This document shows positions 1 to 11,890 of a DNA stretch of 64,000 bases, in pieces. The DNA is taken from assembly GCA_950097015.1 (NCBI GenBank), contig CATNEN010000027.1, positions 910,286 to 974,285 of the forward strand, read 5' to 3'. The stretch comes from Macrostomum hystrix (Eukaryota > Animalia > Platyhelminthes). Position numbers and translations under genes: made by a program. The notes under the pieces are model-generated. The model worked only from the letters and a program-made list of their open reading frames with translations, was not told the origin of the DNA and ran no database searches. The number at the start of each line of letters is the position of its first letter. Position 1 is the first letter of the stretch.

Positions 1-230
1 TGGTTAGTTGGTTGGCTGGTGTGTTTCCTGGTCTCTTCATTAGTTGGTTAGTTGGTTGGCTGGTGTGTTTCCTGGTCTCTTCATTAGTTGGTTAGTTGGT
101 TAGCTGGTAGGTTTCCTGGTCTCTTCATTAGTTCGTTGCTTGTTTGGTTGGATGTTTGGTTAGTCGGTTGGTTTGCTAGTTGGTTTGTTGGATGGTTTAT
201 TGGTAGGTTAGTTCGTGGGGTTTTTCGTTA
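1..230. repeat. 44-bp intronic minisatellite (TGGTTAGTTGGTTGGCTGGTGTGTTTCCTGGTCTCTTCATTAGT), about 3 copies, then degenerate TGGT-rich tail
   Basis: Unit restarts at position 45; lies upstream of the splice acceptor at 338-339. Confidence 0.85.
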
Positions 231-339
231 CTTTGTTTGCTGGATTTACAATGCTTAGTTAGGCTTGTTTGTTGCTTGGTACGCTCAGCCGTATTCCAAT
301 GCCCAATGTTGCCCAGACTCTCTTCTTCTACATCTCCAG

Positions 340-935
340 GCCTGCTGCTATCTATGGGCTGCATCTATTTCATTGGAGCCGTTGATTTCGAGGGTCTTAA
401 CGATCACCCGGAAGAGAAGGATCGGCCAGTTACCTATCACTTTGGCTACGGCTTCAAGCTAGTCTGGGTTTCCTTCCTACTAGAGAACCTGGCCATAGCC
501 GTCAATGTCTATCTGTGGATGAGCTACCGCAGCGAAGAGTTGAAGCATCAGCGAGAAAATCTGGCCAGCTTTAAAAACATCGCAATGCAGATGGTGCCGC
601 TTGGCCGCGGAGGTGGCGGCGGCGGCACCAAGGCATCTTCCTGTGAGCGAGGCAGCCGGGCTCCCTTCGCAACAGTCGCTCGTACATTCAGCTCTGCAGG
701 GCCAGCCGCCGGAGCCGCTGTAGAGTCTGCCGATGGAAGCGCAGCCGGACCGTCGGCAGACGTGACGGTGGACGAAGCTACTCCGCTGCAGCCGCAGTCC
801 GAGCAGCAGCGCCTGGAGATGGCCATGCGTCACTGGGCATTTCTGAAGAGCCCCACCAAGCTGAGCCGGCTGGAGCAGAAGCGGGCAGACAGTCTGGCCC
901 GCCAGGTCATGGTGCGAGCCACCACCAGCAAGTGA
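340..935 (+). CDS. Terminal coding exon of a TARP/stargazin (CACNG)-like claudin/PMP22-superfamily tetraspan protein: TM3, loop, TM4 and cytoplasmic tail
   Basis: Pyrimidine tract and acceptor ctcttcttctacatctccAG|GC (phase 1). Translation GLLLSMGCIYFIGAV...YHFGYGFKLVWVSFLLENLAIAVNVYLW resembles the TARP TM3/TM4 pattern (GL..IIG.IVYIS...YSYGWSF......SF...E...V..V..F). Stop TGA at 933-935. Upstream exons are outside the window. Confidence 0.7.
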
Positions 936-1130
936 GACGGCAAAACCGGGATAACCCAGCTGCACAATCGTCCTGGCTTGTCCTGAGGTCCTCAGCGTAC
1001 AAGCTTCACACTTCAATTGTTGAATCATTTCGACAATTTTTTTCTACGAACTATTTCGTCATTTCGACAAAAGTAGTGTTTTCCCGAAAAAGTACAGAAT
1101 ATCATGCAGGTTACGATGTATTTTTATTTT

Positions 1131-1166
1131 GCTAATAATAATAATAGTAATAATAATAATAATAAT
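1131..1166. repeat. (AAT)n microsatellite
   Basis: aataataataatagtaataataataataataat. Confidence 0.9.
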
Positions 1167-1840
1167 TTATTACACCTGCCCCAATCGGGCCAGACGTGCA
1201 GCCGACAGCACAGCCGCAGCTATTGCGCGGCACATCTGAAGACTGCGTACAGCTATTCTGTCCATGGACTGGGGGACGCCACACCCACCCTCAATTACCC
1301 CAGCTGATGCCGTGCCAATTTAACAGCTGACAGAACTGAAGCAATGCAGAGTTAAGTATCTTTTGCTAAAGGACATTAAGCGTCCCAGCGGAGTCTGACG
1401 TCAAAATCAGGTTAGGAAATTGTCGTGGGGTGAAAATTTGTAACTAATGAGTTTTGCTTTTGCTTTTTACTCAACATGAAAGAAACAATTTGTTTAACTG
1501 CCTCTTCTTGCTCCAGAATTTGGGTTACATAATTTGCTGGCCCTTTTTCTCGTTTCTCTTCGCAGTAGACCTTGATATGCGAGCTAAATGTTTCAGGCTC
1601 GTGCATGTTTACAATAGACGTATCTTTTCTATTGATAGTATTTTTTTCAAGTCAAACTAATGCTGAAAATACATACGTGGCTCTGTTACAGAAAATTAGT
1701 CCATTCAAAACAATTCAGCTGACCAATAGTACTGATACAATCATCACCTTGCTCGGTTAGTGTTTTGTGTTTGGATGGTGCTTTAAGATTGATGCTTTGG
1801 TGTTGGTGCTTTGGGGTTGGTGCTTTGGTGCTTGTCTTAC

Positions 1841-1965
1841 TTGACTTAGCTCCAGGGTGGTCCGTGGACACAGCGGGGAGGCGAGGATCGCCCATACCGC
1901 TAACCCCTGTAGGCCGGCGGACAGGCGAGGGTGCGGGGCCGGTCAGGGTGGTCCGCCGGTCCGTC
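1841..1965 (-). CDS. Candidate internal exon of an unidentified minus-strand gene (TDRRTTLTGPAPSPVRRPTGVSGMGDPRLPAVSTDHPGAKS)
   Basis: GC-rich unique island between repeats; ctgcAG acceptor and GTAAGA donor on the minus strand; only one frame is open (phase 2 to phase 1), compatible with the exon at 5099-5139. Confidence 0.4.
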
Positions 1966-1974
1966 CTGCAGCGT

Positions 1975-2412
1975 TGGTGTTTGTACTTTGGGGTTGATGC
2001 TTTGGGGATGATGCTTTGGAGTTGGTGTTTTGGGGTTGGTGTTTTGGGGTTGGTGTTTTGGGGATGATGCTTTGGGGTTGGTGTTTTAGGGTTGGTGTTT
2101 TGGGATTGGTGTTTTGGGGTTGGTGTTTTGGGGTTGGTGTTTTGGGGTTGGTGTTTTGGGGATGATGCTTTGGGGTTGGTGTTTTAGGGTTGGTGTTTTG
2201 GTGTTTGTACTTTGGGGTTGATGCTTTGGGGTTGGTGTTTTGGGGTTGGTGTTTTGAGGTTGATGCTTTGGGGATGATGCTTTGGGGTTGGTGTTTGGGG
2301 TTGGCGCTACATTGGGGTTGATGCTTTGGAATTTGTGTTATGGGGTTGGTGTTTTGGGGTTGGTGTTTTGGGGTTGGTGTTTTGGGGTTGGTGTTTTGGG
2401 GTTGGCGCTTTT
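1975..2412. repeat. 14-bp G/T-rich minisatellite (GGGGTTGGTGTTTT) with GATGATGCTTT variants
   Basis: Direct inspection; a related degenerate copy lies at about 1760-1830. Confidence 0.9.
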
Positions 2413-2984
2413 GTTTAGGCTGTTTCAACGTTCTGTTATAAATTAATTCAAGGTGTAGTTTTCTAAAAAGCTTATTTTTCAAACTATAACTTTTTCAGCT
2501 GTTGAAATATATGCAGTCATCTGGGATGTGTTTAAGTGCAATATTTTAAACACATTAAATGATACTTTCAGTTACCTCTATACGCAAATAATATTATCGA
2601 ATTCTTTCTGTGGTTCTACAGATAGGAGTCTAGAGCTAAGAATTAAAAGCTAGCCTGCATAACTATCACTATTGTTGACCAGTCGAGAAGTGCAAACCAG
2701 ATTAATTCTCCAAAAACAAAAGACACACAAAACCAGCAGCAATCACTGAAATAAGAAAGCTTCCGTTTTTGTGCTACTGTGGTACAAGCACTTTTGCTAA
2801 ATAAATTGCACTTCTCACTTCCTGCCTGAAGACAGCTGCTTTTAGACTATGTCTACGGAATCCAAAAAAAGATGACTCATTTTGGGTTCTATGAAATGTT
2901 CACCTGTCTATGCATCATTTTATGGCTGACGGTCTGAGACACAGAGACAGAAGGGGATTAGGGAAAAGGAACAGAATGGGGAGA

Positions 2985-5030
2985 TTAGGGGAGAAAACAG
3001 AAGGAACATGAGGGAGACGAGGGGAAAAAGACAGAAGGAATATGAGGGAGATTAGGGGAGAAAGACAGAAGGAACATGAGGGAGATTAGGGGAGAAAGAC
3101 AGAAGAAATGAGGGAGACTAGGGGAGAAAGACAGAAGGAATATGAGGGAGATTAGGGGAGAAAGACAGAAGGAATATGAGGGAGATTAGAGGAGAAAGAC
3201 AGAAGGAATATGAGGGAGATTAGGGGAGAAAGACAGAAGAAATGAGGGAGATTAGGGGAGAAAGACAGAAGAAATGAGGGAGATTAGGGGAGAAAGACAG
3301 AAGAAATGAGGGAGATTAGGGGAGAAAGACAGAAGGAATATGAGGGAGATTAGGGGAGAAAGACAGAAGAAATGAGGGAGATTAGGGGAGAAAGACAGAA
3401 GAAATGAGGGAGATTAGGGGAGAAAGACAGAAGAAATGAGGGAGATTAGGGGAGAAAGACAGAAGGAATATGATGGAGATTAGGGGAGAAAGACAGAAGA
3501 AATAAGGGAGATTAGGGGAGAAAGACAGAAGGAATATGAGGGAGATTAGGGGAGAAAGACAGAAGGAATATGAGGGAGATTAGGGGAGAAAGACAGAAGG
3601 AATATGAGGGAGATTAGGGGAGAAAGACAGAAGGAATATGAGGGCAGATTAGGGAGAAAGACAAGGAATATGAGGGAGATTAGGGGAGAAAGACAGAAGG
3701 AATATGAGGGAGATTAGGGGAGAAAGACAGAAGGAATGTGGGGGGAGATTAGGGGAGAACGACAGAAGGAATATGAGGGAGATTAGAGGAGAAAGACAGA
3801 GGGAATATGAGGGAGATTAGGGGAGAAAGACAGAAGGAATATAAGGGAGATTAGGGGAGAAAGACAGAAGGAATATGAGGGAGATTAGGGGAGAAAGACA
3901 GAAGGAATATGAGGGAGATTAGGGGAGAAAGACAGAAGAAATAAGGGAGATTAGGGGAGAAAGACAGAAGGAATATGAGGGAGACTAGGGGAGAAAGACA
4001 GAAGGAACATGAGGAAGATTAGGGGAGAAAGACAGAAGAAATGAGGGAGATTAGGGGAGAAAGACAGAAGGAACATGAGGTAGATTAGAGGAGAAAGACA
4101 GAGGGAATATGAGGGCAGATTAGGGAGAAAGACAAGGAATATGATGGAGATTAGGGGAGAAAGACAGAAGGAATATGAGGGAGATTAGGGGAGAAAGACA
4201 GAAGGAATATGAGGGAGACTAGGGGAGAAAGACAGAAGGAATATGAGGGAGATTAGGGGAGAAAGACAGAAGGAATATGAGGGAGATTAGAGGAGAAAGA
4301 CAGAAGGAATATGAGGGAGACTAGGGGAGAAAGACAGAAGGAATATGAGGGAGATTAGGGGAGAAAGACAGAAGGAATATGAGGGAGATTAGGGGAGAAA
4401 GACAGAAGGAATATGAGGGCAGATTAGGGGAGAAAGACAGAAGGAACATGAGGGAGATTAGGGGAGAAAGACAGAAGGAATATGAGGGAGATTAGGGGAG
4501 AAAGACAGAAGGAATATGATGGAGATTAGGGGAGAAAGACAGAAGAAATAAGGGAGATTAGGGGAGAAAGACAGAAGGAATATGAGGGAGATTAGGGGAG
4601 AAAGACAGAAGGAATATGAGGGAGATTAGGGGAGAAAGACAGAAGGAATATGAAGGAGATTAGGGGAGAAAGACAGAAGAAATAAGGGAGATTAGGGGAG
4701 AAAGACAGAAGGAATATGAGGGAGATTAGGGGAGAAAGACAGAAGGAATATGAGGGAGATTAGGGGAGAAAGACAGAAGGAATATGAGGGAGATTAGGGG
4801 AGAAAGACAGAAGGAATATGAGGGAGATTAGGGGAGAAAGACAGAAGGAATATGAAGGAGATTAGGGGAGAAAGACAGAAGGAATATGAGGGAGATTAGG
4901 GGAGAAAGACAGAAGGAATATGAAGGAGATTAGGGGAGAAAGACAGAAGGAATATGAGGGAGATTAGGGGAGAAAGACAGAAGGAATATGAAGGAGATTA
5001 GGGGAGAAAGACAGAAGGAATATGAGGACG
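2985..5030. repeat. 32/34-bp purine-rich minisatellite (GAGGGAGATTAGGGGAGAAAGACAGAAGGAATAT), about 60 copies
   Basis: Direct inspection; extreme purine strand bias. Confidence 0.95.
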
Positions 5031-5098
5031 ATTCTGAAAGAGATCAAGCGAAAAGGAACTGCATGCAGTTATTTACGAGTGAATAACAGTGGTCTCAC

Positions 5099-5139
5099 CG
5101 CGGACTCTTAGCAGGGCCAGAGCCACGGTCGAGCTGTAA
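5099..5139 (-). CDS. Candidate micro-exon of the same minus-strand gene (LQLDRGSGPAKSP[R])
   Basis: Minus-strand acceptor gtgatctcgtcttcccAG (alternative AG 6 nt downstream) and donor GTGAGA; ends in phase 2 and joins 1841-1965 in frame. Confidence 0.35.
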
Positions 5140-5209
5140 CTGGGAAGACGAGATCACACAAAGCAGCGGTTCGTGCCACGCCCCACAGAGGCGGACCCGC
5201 AGTCTCGCC

Positions 5210-5569
5210 TTAGGAGCGATGATTTGCTGGATCAAACGACTGGAATGAAAAGACCGCATACATTCTCTTCTCTCCACCCCCGGATCCTATTTTTCTCCCA
5301 CCCACCCCCGGGCACACACCATGGTAGGGATTCGGGATCGGCTCAAAGTCGATTTCCGTAGGCCTCGCACTGCGTGCCAATCGCGGAGTTGTGATTTTGG
5401 GATTTTTCGAGGATAGGAGGGTAGTTTGGAACGTTAACACGGGGAGAGATGAAAGGGATGAATGAGATGATGCCCGTTTAGAGAGGCTGAAAACGCTTCT
5501 GCTGAACCACCCACCCCTGAAAAATCGTTCAATTTTTGTAGCAATTCTTGCCTTGCGTAGAGCGACCAT
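5210..5569 (-). CDS. Possible first coding exon of the minus-strand gene (MVALRKARIATKIERFF...TEIDFEPIPNPYH)
   Basis: ATG-initiated 119-aa non-repetitive ORF in a GC-rich island; no clean in-phase donor to the next exon identified. Confidence 0.2.
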   Translation of the reverse strand: MVALRKARIATKIERFFRGGWFSRSVFSLSKRASSHSSLSSLPVLTFQTTLLSSKNPKITTPRLARSARPTEIDFEPIPNPYHGVCPGVGGRKIGSGGGEKRMYAVFSFQSFDPANHRS

Positions 5570-5753
5570 TGCACATTGGACCCGGGGAGGAGGCGGGCGG
5601 GGGAGGCTTCTGCGTGGGTGTGGCTTCGATGCATGCTCCTGGATGATTTTCAGCTGCCGGCCAATGAAATGTCACCAGCCGAAGCTGCTAACTGAATGAT
5701 TATTAATCTAGGAGTTTTGCTGCTGTTTGGCTTCGGCTCAACTCTGGCTCAAA

Positions 5754-5926
5754 ATGGACTGGCAGCGGCTTCTGCTGATCATTGTACTGCCTGCGTGCGG
5801 CGGGGCGACAGCTCTGGCGCTGCTCGTCCTGTGCGTTGGTCTGCTGTGCCACCGGCTGACCGGCTGCTGCTGCTGGCGCTGCTGCTCCACCACGGCAGAC
5901 AAATCATTGGAGGAATTGTCGCACAG
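5754..5926 (+). CDS. First coding exon of a candidate single-pass membrane protein: N-terminal TM anchor followed by a Cys cluster (MDWQRLLLIIVLPACGGATALALLVLCVGLLCHRLTGCCCWRCC...)
   Basis: aaaATGg start, long hydrophobic stretch, juxtamembrane CCCWRCC, phase-2 donor ag|GT compatible with the exon at 8217. Confidence 0.55.
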
Positions 5927-6224
5927 GTGTGAAATGCACTGCTTCGCCCCTGATTTCTGCGAATATAAATATAAGCTAAATTATTAATGTTGGGTTTAGA
6001 AATATTGACTCTAACAGAATTGAATAGTAGAACACAATTGCATTGAATAAATTGAGATAGAGTACACAATTATGGAATGGAACCGATTATTATAGAGTAG
6101 AGTGGAGTAGAGCGGAGTATAATAAAAAAAGAAATAGAATTGAATTGAATGGACTAGAACGGAAAAGAATGGAATTGAGTGAAATATAATGGAATGGAAT
6201 GGAGTAGAAGGAGATGAAATGTAA

Positions 6225-6473
6225 TAGAATGGAATAGAATGGAATAGAATGGAATAGAATGGAATAGAATGGAATAGAATGGAATAGAATGGAATAGAAT
6301 GGAATAGAATGGAATAGAATGGAATAGAATGGAATAGAATGGAATAGAATGGAATAGAACGGAATAGAATGGAATAGAATGGAATAGAATGGAATAGAAT
6401 GGAATAGAATGGAATAGAATGGAATAGAATGGAATAGAATGGAATAGAATGGAATAGAATGGAATAGAATGGC
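6225..6473. repeat. (GGAATAGAAT)n 10-bp microsatellite, about 25 copies, with degenerate flanks at 6070-6590
   Basis: Direct inspection. Confidence 0.95.
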
Positions 6474-7284
6474 ATATAAAAACTTGGAATGAAATAGAAT
6501 TGAGTGGAAAAGAATGAAATAGCACCCGTGGAAAAAATGGATGAAATGGAATAGACGAGTAAAGAAACTAGTAGAATAGCATGGAATATAATACAATTGA
6601 CAAAAACGATTCCTAATTTTATTTGAAATTTTTTTTGAGGCCTGCAAGAACATATATTTCTTTATATCCAAAACCTTATCATGCCGCCAGTCATATTCCT
6701 AATTAATTAGCACTTCCATTAATTGAGTTTTTGACACATTCTGGAAATCACTTATCTATAAAAAATTATTGTTTACAGTTAAGATTTGCTTGCCGTAATT
6801 ATCGATATTTTATTGGCTGGCCAGAAATTGCCGAGTGACGCAAGTTATAAATAAATGGTTGACAAGGCTGTTTTTCAGTTGGTTCAATAAGTCCAAACAC
6901 TGCAGCTTTACCTATTGCACCTGCTCAGGTAGATTTGAGCAGGTCAGTCAGTGGGATTTGAGACGCTAATGGACACTGCCCAATGCTGTAGTGTTAGTGA
7001 GGAATCCTCATTGGAAACAAATGAGCAACATGAGGAGGCCGCATTCTTCCCTGACCGCGGAAGCGTGCCCAGATTTGTTTTAATCCACTGGGCCGTTGAC
7101 GGAAGACAAAAATTCCGATGGCATGAGGATTATCGACTCATCAGCCAATCTTTACCTCCGTCATCTCTATCGTCCAGCCTCCTTAACAGGCAACTAAATA
7201 GCAGTTTGTACTTCAAATCTCTGTATTCAGCATTAAAGTAAGTGAAGTGTCAACAAAGGATAGCACTTTTCTTCAGATAACCTC

Positions 7285-8090
7285 TCCATATTTCCATAGT
7301 TTCATATTTCCATAGTTTCATATTTCCATAGTTCCATAGTTTCATATTTCCATAGTTTCATATTTCCATAGTTTCATATTTCCATAGTTCCATAGTTTCA
7401 TATTTCCATAGTTCCATAGTTTCATATTTCCATAGTTCCATATTTCCATAGTTCCATATTTCCATAGTTCTATATTTCCATATTTCCATATTTCCATAGT
7501 TTCATATTTCCATAGTTTCATATTTCCATAGTTCCATAGTTTCATATTTCCATAGTTCCATAGTTTCATAATTCCATAGTTCCATATTTCCATAGTTCCA
7601 TATTTCCATAGTTCTATATTTCCATATTTCCATATTTCCATAGTTTCATATTTCCATAGTTTCATGTTTCCATAGTTTCATGTTTCCATAGTTTCATATT
7701 TCCATAGTTTCATATTTCCATAGTTTTATATTTCCATAGTTTCATATTTCCATAGTTTCATATTTCCATAGTTTCATATTTCCATAGTTTCATATTTCCA
7801 TAGTTTTATATTTCCATAGTTTCATATTTCCATAGTTTCATATTTCCATAGTTTCATATTTCCATAGTTTCATGTTTCCATAGTTCTATATTTCCATAGT
7901 TTTATATTTCCATAGTTTCATATTTCCATAGTTTCATATTTCCATAGTTTCATATTTCCATAGTTTTATATTTCCATAGTTTCATATTTCCATAGTTTCA
8001 TATTTCCATAGTTTCATATTTCCATAGTTTTATATTTCCATAGTTTCATATTTCACAAATTGAACTGTTTCACAGTTCCATATTTCAAAT
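7285..8090. repeat. 16-bp minisatellite (ATATTTCCATAGTTTC) with 8-bp sub-units
   Basis: Direct inspection. Confidence 0.95.
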
Positions 8091-8216
8091 TTCTACACAT
8101 CGTTTTTCTAAGATACGATGGCCTAAACTATGGCCCACTGCTTCATTGTATACGGTCCCGTATCCCCGAATACCGAATCCCATCATCGCAAATCCTACCC
8201 ATCAATTATCTCAAAG

Positions 8217-8389
8217 GCGACGGCCGCAGCAGGTGATTTCGCACGAAGTTCGCAGCCTCCCTGACGTGGAGCCGCTGCACTTGTTTGCGCCCAACGACAG
8301 GCAACCCGTGTGCGTCTACAGGAGCGGAGAGCAACCTGACATTGGGGCCATCTTCACTGTGGAGACCAGCAAAATGAGAAGTAGCTTGT
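8217..8389 (+). CDS. Candidate exon of the single-pass membrane protein gene (RRPQQVISHEVRSLPDVEPLHLFAPNDRQPVCVYRSGEQPDIGAIFTVETSKMRSSL)
   Basis: Acceptor tctcaaAG, donor GTGAGT at 8390; only one frame is open; phase 2 start matches the exon ending at 5926. Confidence 0.5.
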
Positions 8390-8394
8390 GTGAG

Positions 8395-9262
8395 TTCTGT
8401 TCCGTTCTGTCCTGTCTGTTCTGTTCTGTTCTGTTCTGTTCTGTTCTGTTCTGTTCTGTTCTGTTCTGTTCTGTTCTGTTCTGCTCTGTTCTGTTCTGTT
8501 CTGTTCTGTTCTGCTCTGTTCTGTTCTGTTCTGTTCTGCTCTGTTCTGTTCTGTTCTGCTCTGTTCTGTTCTGTTTTGTTCTGTTCTGCTCTGTTCTGTT
8601 CTGTTCTGTTCTGCTCTGTTCTGTTCTGTTCTGTTCTGTTCTGTTCTGTTCTGTTCTGTTCTGCTCTGTTCTGTTCTGTTCTGTTCTGTTCTGTTCTGCT
8701 CTGTTCTGTTCTGCTCTGTTCTGTTCTGTTCTGTTCTGTTCTGTTCTGCTCTGTTCTGTTCTGCTCTGTTCTGTTCTGTTCTGTTCTGTTCTGTTCTGCT
8801 CTGTTCTGCTCTGTTCTGTTCTGTTCTGTTCTGTTCTGCTCTGTTCTGTTCTGCTCTGTTCTGTTCTGTTCTGCTCTGTTCTGCTCTGTTCTGTTCTGTT
8901 CTGCTCTGTTCTGCTCTGTTCTGTTCTGTTCTGTTCTGTTCTGTTCTGTTCTGTTCTGCTCTGTTCTGTTCTGCTCTGTTCTGCTCTGTTCTGTTCTGTT
9001 CTGTTCTGTTCTGTTCTGTTCTGTTCTGTTCTGTTCTGTTCTGTTCTGTTCTGTTCTGTTCTGCTCTGTTCTGCTCTGTTCTGTTCTGTTCTGTTCTGCT
9101 CTGTTCTGTTCTGCTCTGTTCTGTTCTGTTCTGTTCTGCTCTGTTCTGTTCTGCTCTGTTCTGTTCTGTTCTGTTCTGCTCTGTTCTGTTCTGTTCTGTT
9201 CTGTTCTGCTCTGTTCTGTTCTGTTCTGTTCTGTTCTGCTCTGCTCTGTTCTGTTCTGTTCT
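8395..9262. repeat. (TTCTG)n pentamer array with CTCTG variants
   Basis: Direct inspection; begins right after the GTGAGT donor, so intronic. Confidence 0.95.
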
Positions 9263-9396
9263 AAACTCGGTGCATCTTGCTCAGTCCTGCATCGACTATG
9301 GATTCAGTCTAGCCTAACGGGCAACAGTTTTAGCCTCGTTAATCGATTACAGTAGCATGCACTTTCCATTAGTAGCACTAGCCTAAGATGGTCCAG

Positions 9397-9483
9397 ATGG
9401 AATTTGACTCAAGCCAGTGCATCGCCCGCCCATTGCAGCTGCGAGCTACCAGAAGGCATCAGGAAATAAAGGATCGGAAAGTT
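9397..9483 (+). CDS. Candidate small exon (MEFDSSQCIARPLQLRATRRHQEIKDRKV); acceptor could instead be at 9438
   Basis: Strong GTGAGT donor at 9484; open frame; the phase link to the previous exon needs an extra exon such as 9285-9337. Confidence 0.35.
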
Positions 9484-9708
9484 GTGAGTTCTTTTTAAAT
9501 CCATTTTTAACGACGATTTATTCTGTGTATAGAAATTAACAAAAAATTCTGCAAAAAGTTACAGCTCAACAATTCAAAGTCGAAATCGAGATCGAGTCGA
9601 AAGTCGAGACGAAGCGACTGAAGAAGGTTTGTTATTTAAATATAAATCTTCCACTCGTAATGAAATGCATTTCCAGTGCCTAAAGGATAATCTCTAAATA
9701 ATTGGCAG

Positions 9709-9793
9709 GTGAATCTGCCGAAACTGTGGCGCCAATGGAACAAGACAAGGCGGCACTCGTCGGAGGAAAACATTTACATCCATGACCCGCCTG
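9709..9793 (+). CDS. Candidate small exon (VNLPKLWRQWNKTRRHSSEENIYIHDPP)
   Basis: ggcAG acceptor; phase 0 to phase 1 with a weak GTGGGG donor; compatible with the phase-1 exon at 10355. Confidence 0.35.
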
Positions 9794-10019
9794 GTGGGGC
9801 GCAATATACTACTTGGCACAGTAGCTGTTATAGATTTTTGTTAGGCAATCAAAAACAGCACAGATACGCCCTCCGAGACACATCCGTCCAAAAAAATCAC
9901 CACAAAGTAACAGTCCTAATCACTTAAAGCATTCATTTCGTAAATCGACCACGTTTTACACTAATACATGAATACACCCAACCAAATTCACACGGTCCAA
10001 TAAACGCTTCCCAATTCAC

Positions 10020-10310
10020 CCACCATCGTACACCCACCTTAATTCCCCCATCTCAATACACGCACCCCAATACTCCCACCATAGTACACCCACCCCAATT
10101 TACTCACCCCAATACGCCCACCCCAATACACCCACCCCAATACACCCACCCTAATATACCCACCCCAATCCACCCAACACAATACTCCAATACACCCAAC
10201 CCAATTCACAATACACCCACCCCATAGTACAACCTCCCCAATACACCTCAATTCACTCGGCCCAATTCACCAAGCCGAATACACCCCACTCCAATGCAGC
10301 CACCCCAAAA
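10020..10310. repeat. Degenerate C/A-rich repeat (CACCCACCCCAATA-like)
   Basis: Direct inspection. Confidence 0.7.
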
Positions 10311-10354
10311 TATATCCATAACATCCTCTCACTGCACCCAACCCAATGTTGCAG

Positions 10355-10765
10355 GACACGCCTGCGGCCTGCCGTGCTGCAGCCTGGATTCCGTCACAGT
10401 GGCTGGGCTGCGCCGGTTCTTGGCCGCCGAGTCAGCGGCTGCGCAAACAACGGGCGCCCGCAGGTCGGCTGCCGATAGCGGCGCCTTCTTCCTGCCCGTG
10501 TCGCACGGCCGTCAACGCGCTGATGGCGGCGCGGCAACCAAGCAGCGCTCGAAGGTCACGAGGCGTGTCAACTATGTCGACTCCGTGAGGGTCTTTCAAT
10601 CGCTCAGCCCTGGAGTAGTCGCAGCTGGCGTCGCCGGTATCGATGAAGCTCAGCCGGTGAATTCGCGCATTGCCTTTCAGCCGCGGCATCGTCGAATCAA
10701 CAGCCCGGCAACTGTGTCAGAATCTGCACCGGGCACTCTGCTGTTCTCAAAGCCGAACCTGGCAG
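10355..10765 (+). CDS. Internal exon of the single-pass membrane protein gene (HACGLPCCSLDSV...PGTLLFSKPNLA)
   Basis: ttgcAG acceptor, perfect CAG|GTAAGC donor at 10766, GC-rich open frame, phase 1 to 1; joins 11982 in frame. Confidence 0.65.
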
Positions 10766-10799
10766 GTAAGCTGATTAGATGTACTTTTAACTAAACCGC

Positions 10800-11890
10800 A
10801 ACACCCCAGCAATGCTTAGCAATACCTAGCAACCCTAGCAACGCTAAGTTACATATAGCAACACCCTAGCAACGCTAAGCTACATTATAGCAACACTCTA
10901 GCAACGCTAAGCTACATATAGCAACACCCTAGCAACGCTCAGCTACATATAGCAACACCCTAGCAACGCTCAGCTACATATAGCAACACCCTAGCAACGC
11001 TCAGCTACATATAGCAACACCCTAGCAACGCTGAGCTACATATAGCAACACCCTAGCAACGCTCAGCTACATATAGCAACACCCTAGCAACGCTAAGTTA
11101 CATATAGCAACACCCTAGCAACGCTGAGCTACATATAGCAACACCCTAGCAACGCTGAGTTACATATAGCAACACCCTAGCAACGCTGAGCTACATATAG
11201 CAACACCCTAGCAACGCTGAGCTACATATAGCAACACCCTAGCAACGCTGAGCTACATATAGCAACACCCTAGCAACGCTGAGCTACATATAGCAACACC
11301 CTAGCAACGCTGAGTTACATATAGCAACACCCTAGCAACGCTGAGCTACATATAGCAACACCCTAGCAACGCTGAGTTACATATAGCAACACCCTAGCAA
11401 CGCTGAGCTACATATAGCAACACCCTAGCAACGCTGAGCTACATATAGCAACACCCTAGCAACGCTGAGCTACATATAGCAACACCCTAGCAACGCTGAG
11501 CTACATATAGCAACACCCTAGCAACGCTGAGCTACATATAGCAACACCCTAGCAACGCTGAGCTACATATAGCAACACCCTAGCAACGCTGAGTTACATA
11601 TAGCAACACCCTAGCAACGCTGAGCTACATATAGCAACACCCTAGCAACGCTGAGTTACATATAGCAACACCCTAGCAACGCTGAGCTACATATAGCAAC
11701 ACCCTAGCAACGCTGAGCTACATATAGCAACACCCTAGCAACGCTGAGCTACATATAGCAACACCCTAGCAACGCTGAGCTACATATAGCAACACCCTAG
11801 CAACGCTGAGCTACATATAGCAACACCCTAGCAACGCTGAGCTACATATAGCAACACCCTAGCAACGCTGAGCTACATATAGCAACACCC
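10800..11890. repeat. 31-bp intronic minisatellite (AGCAACACCCTAGCAACGCTGAGCTACATAT), about 34 copies
   Basis: Period 31 by inspection; fills the intron 10766-11981. Confidence 0.95.

Noticed and set aside
1975-2412. Telomeric repeat
   Set aside because: The unit is a 14-bp GGGGTTGGTGTTTT with variants, internal and flanked by genes; it is not TTAGGG.
6011-7665. (ILFHSIPFYS)n and (MKLWNYGN)n ORFs
   Set aside because: Microsatellite and minisatellite translations.
8146-9355. 372-aa and 321-aa (CSVLF)n proteins
   Set aside because: Translations of a (TTCTG)n microsatellite that starts just after a GTGAGT splice donor.
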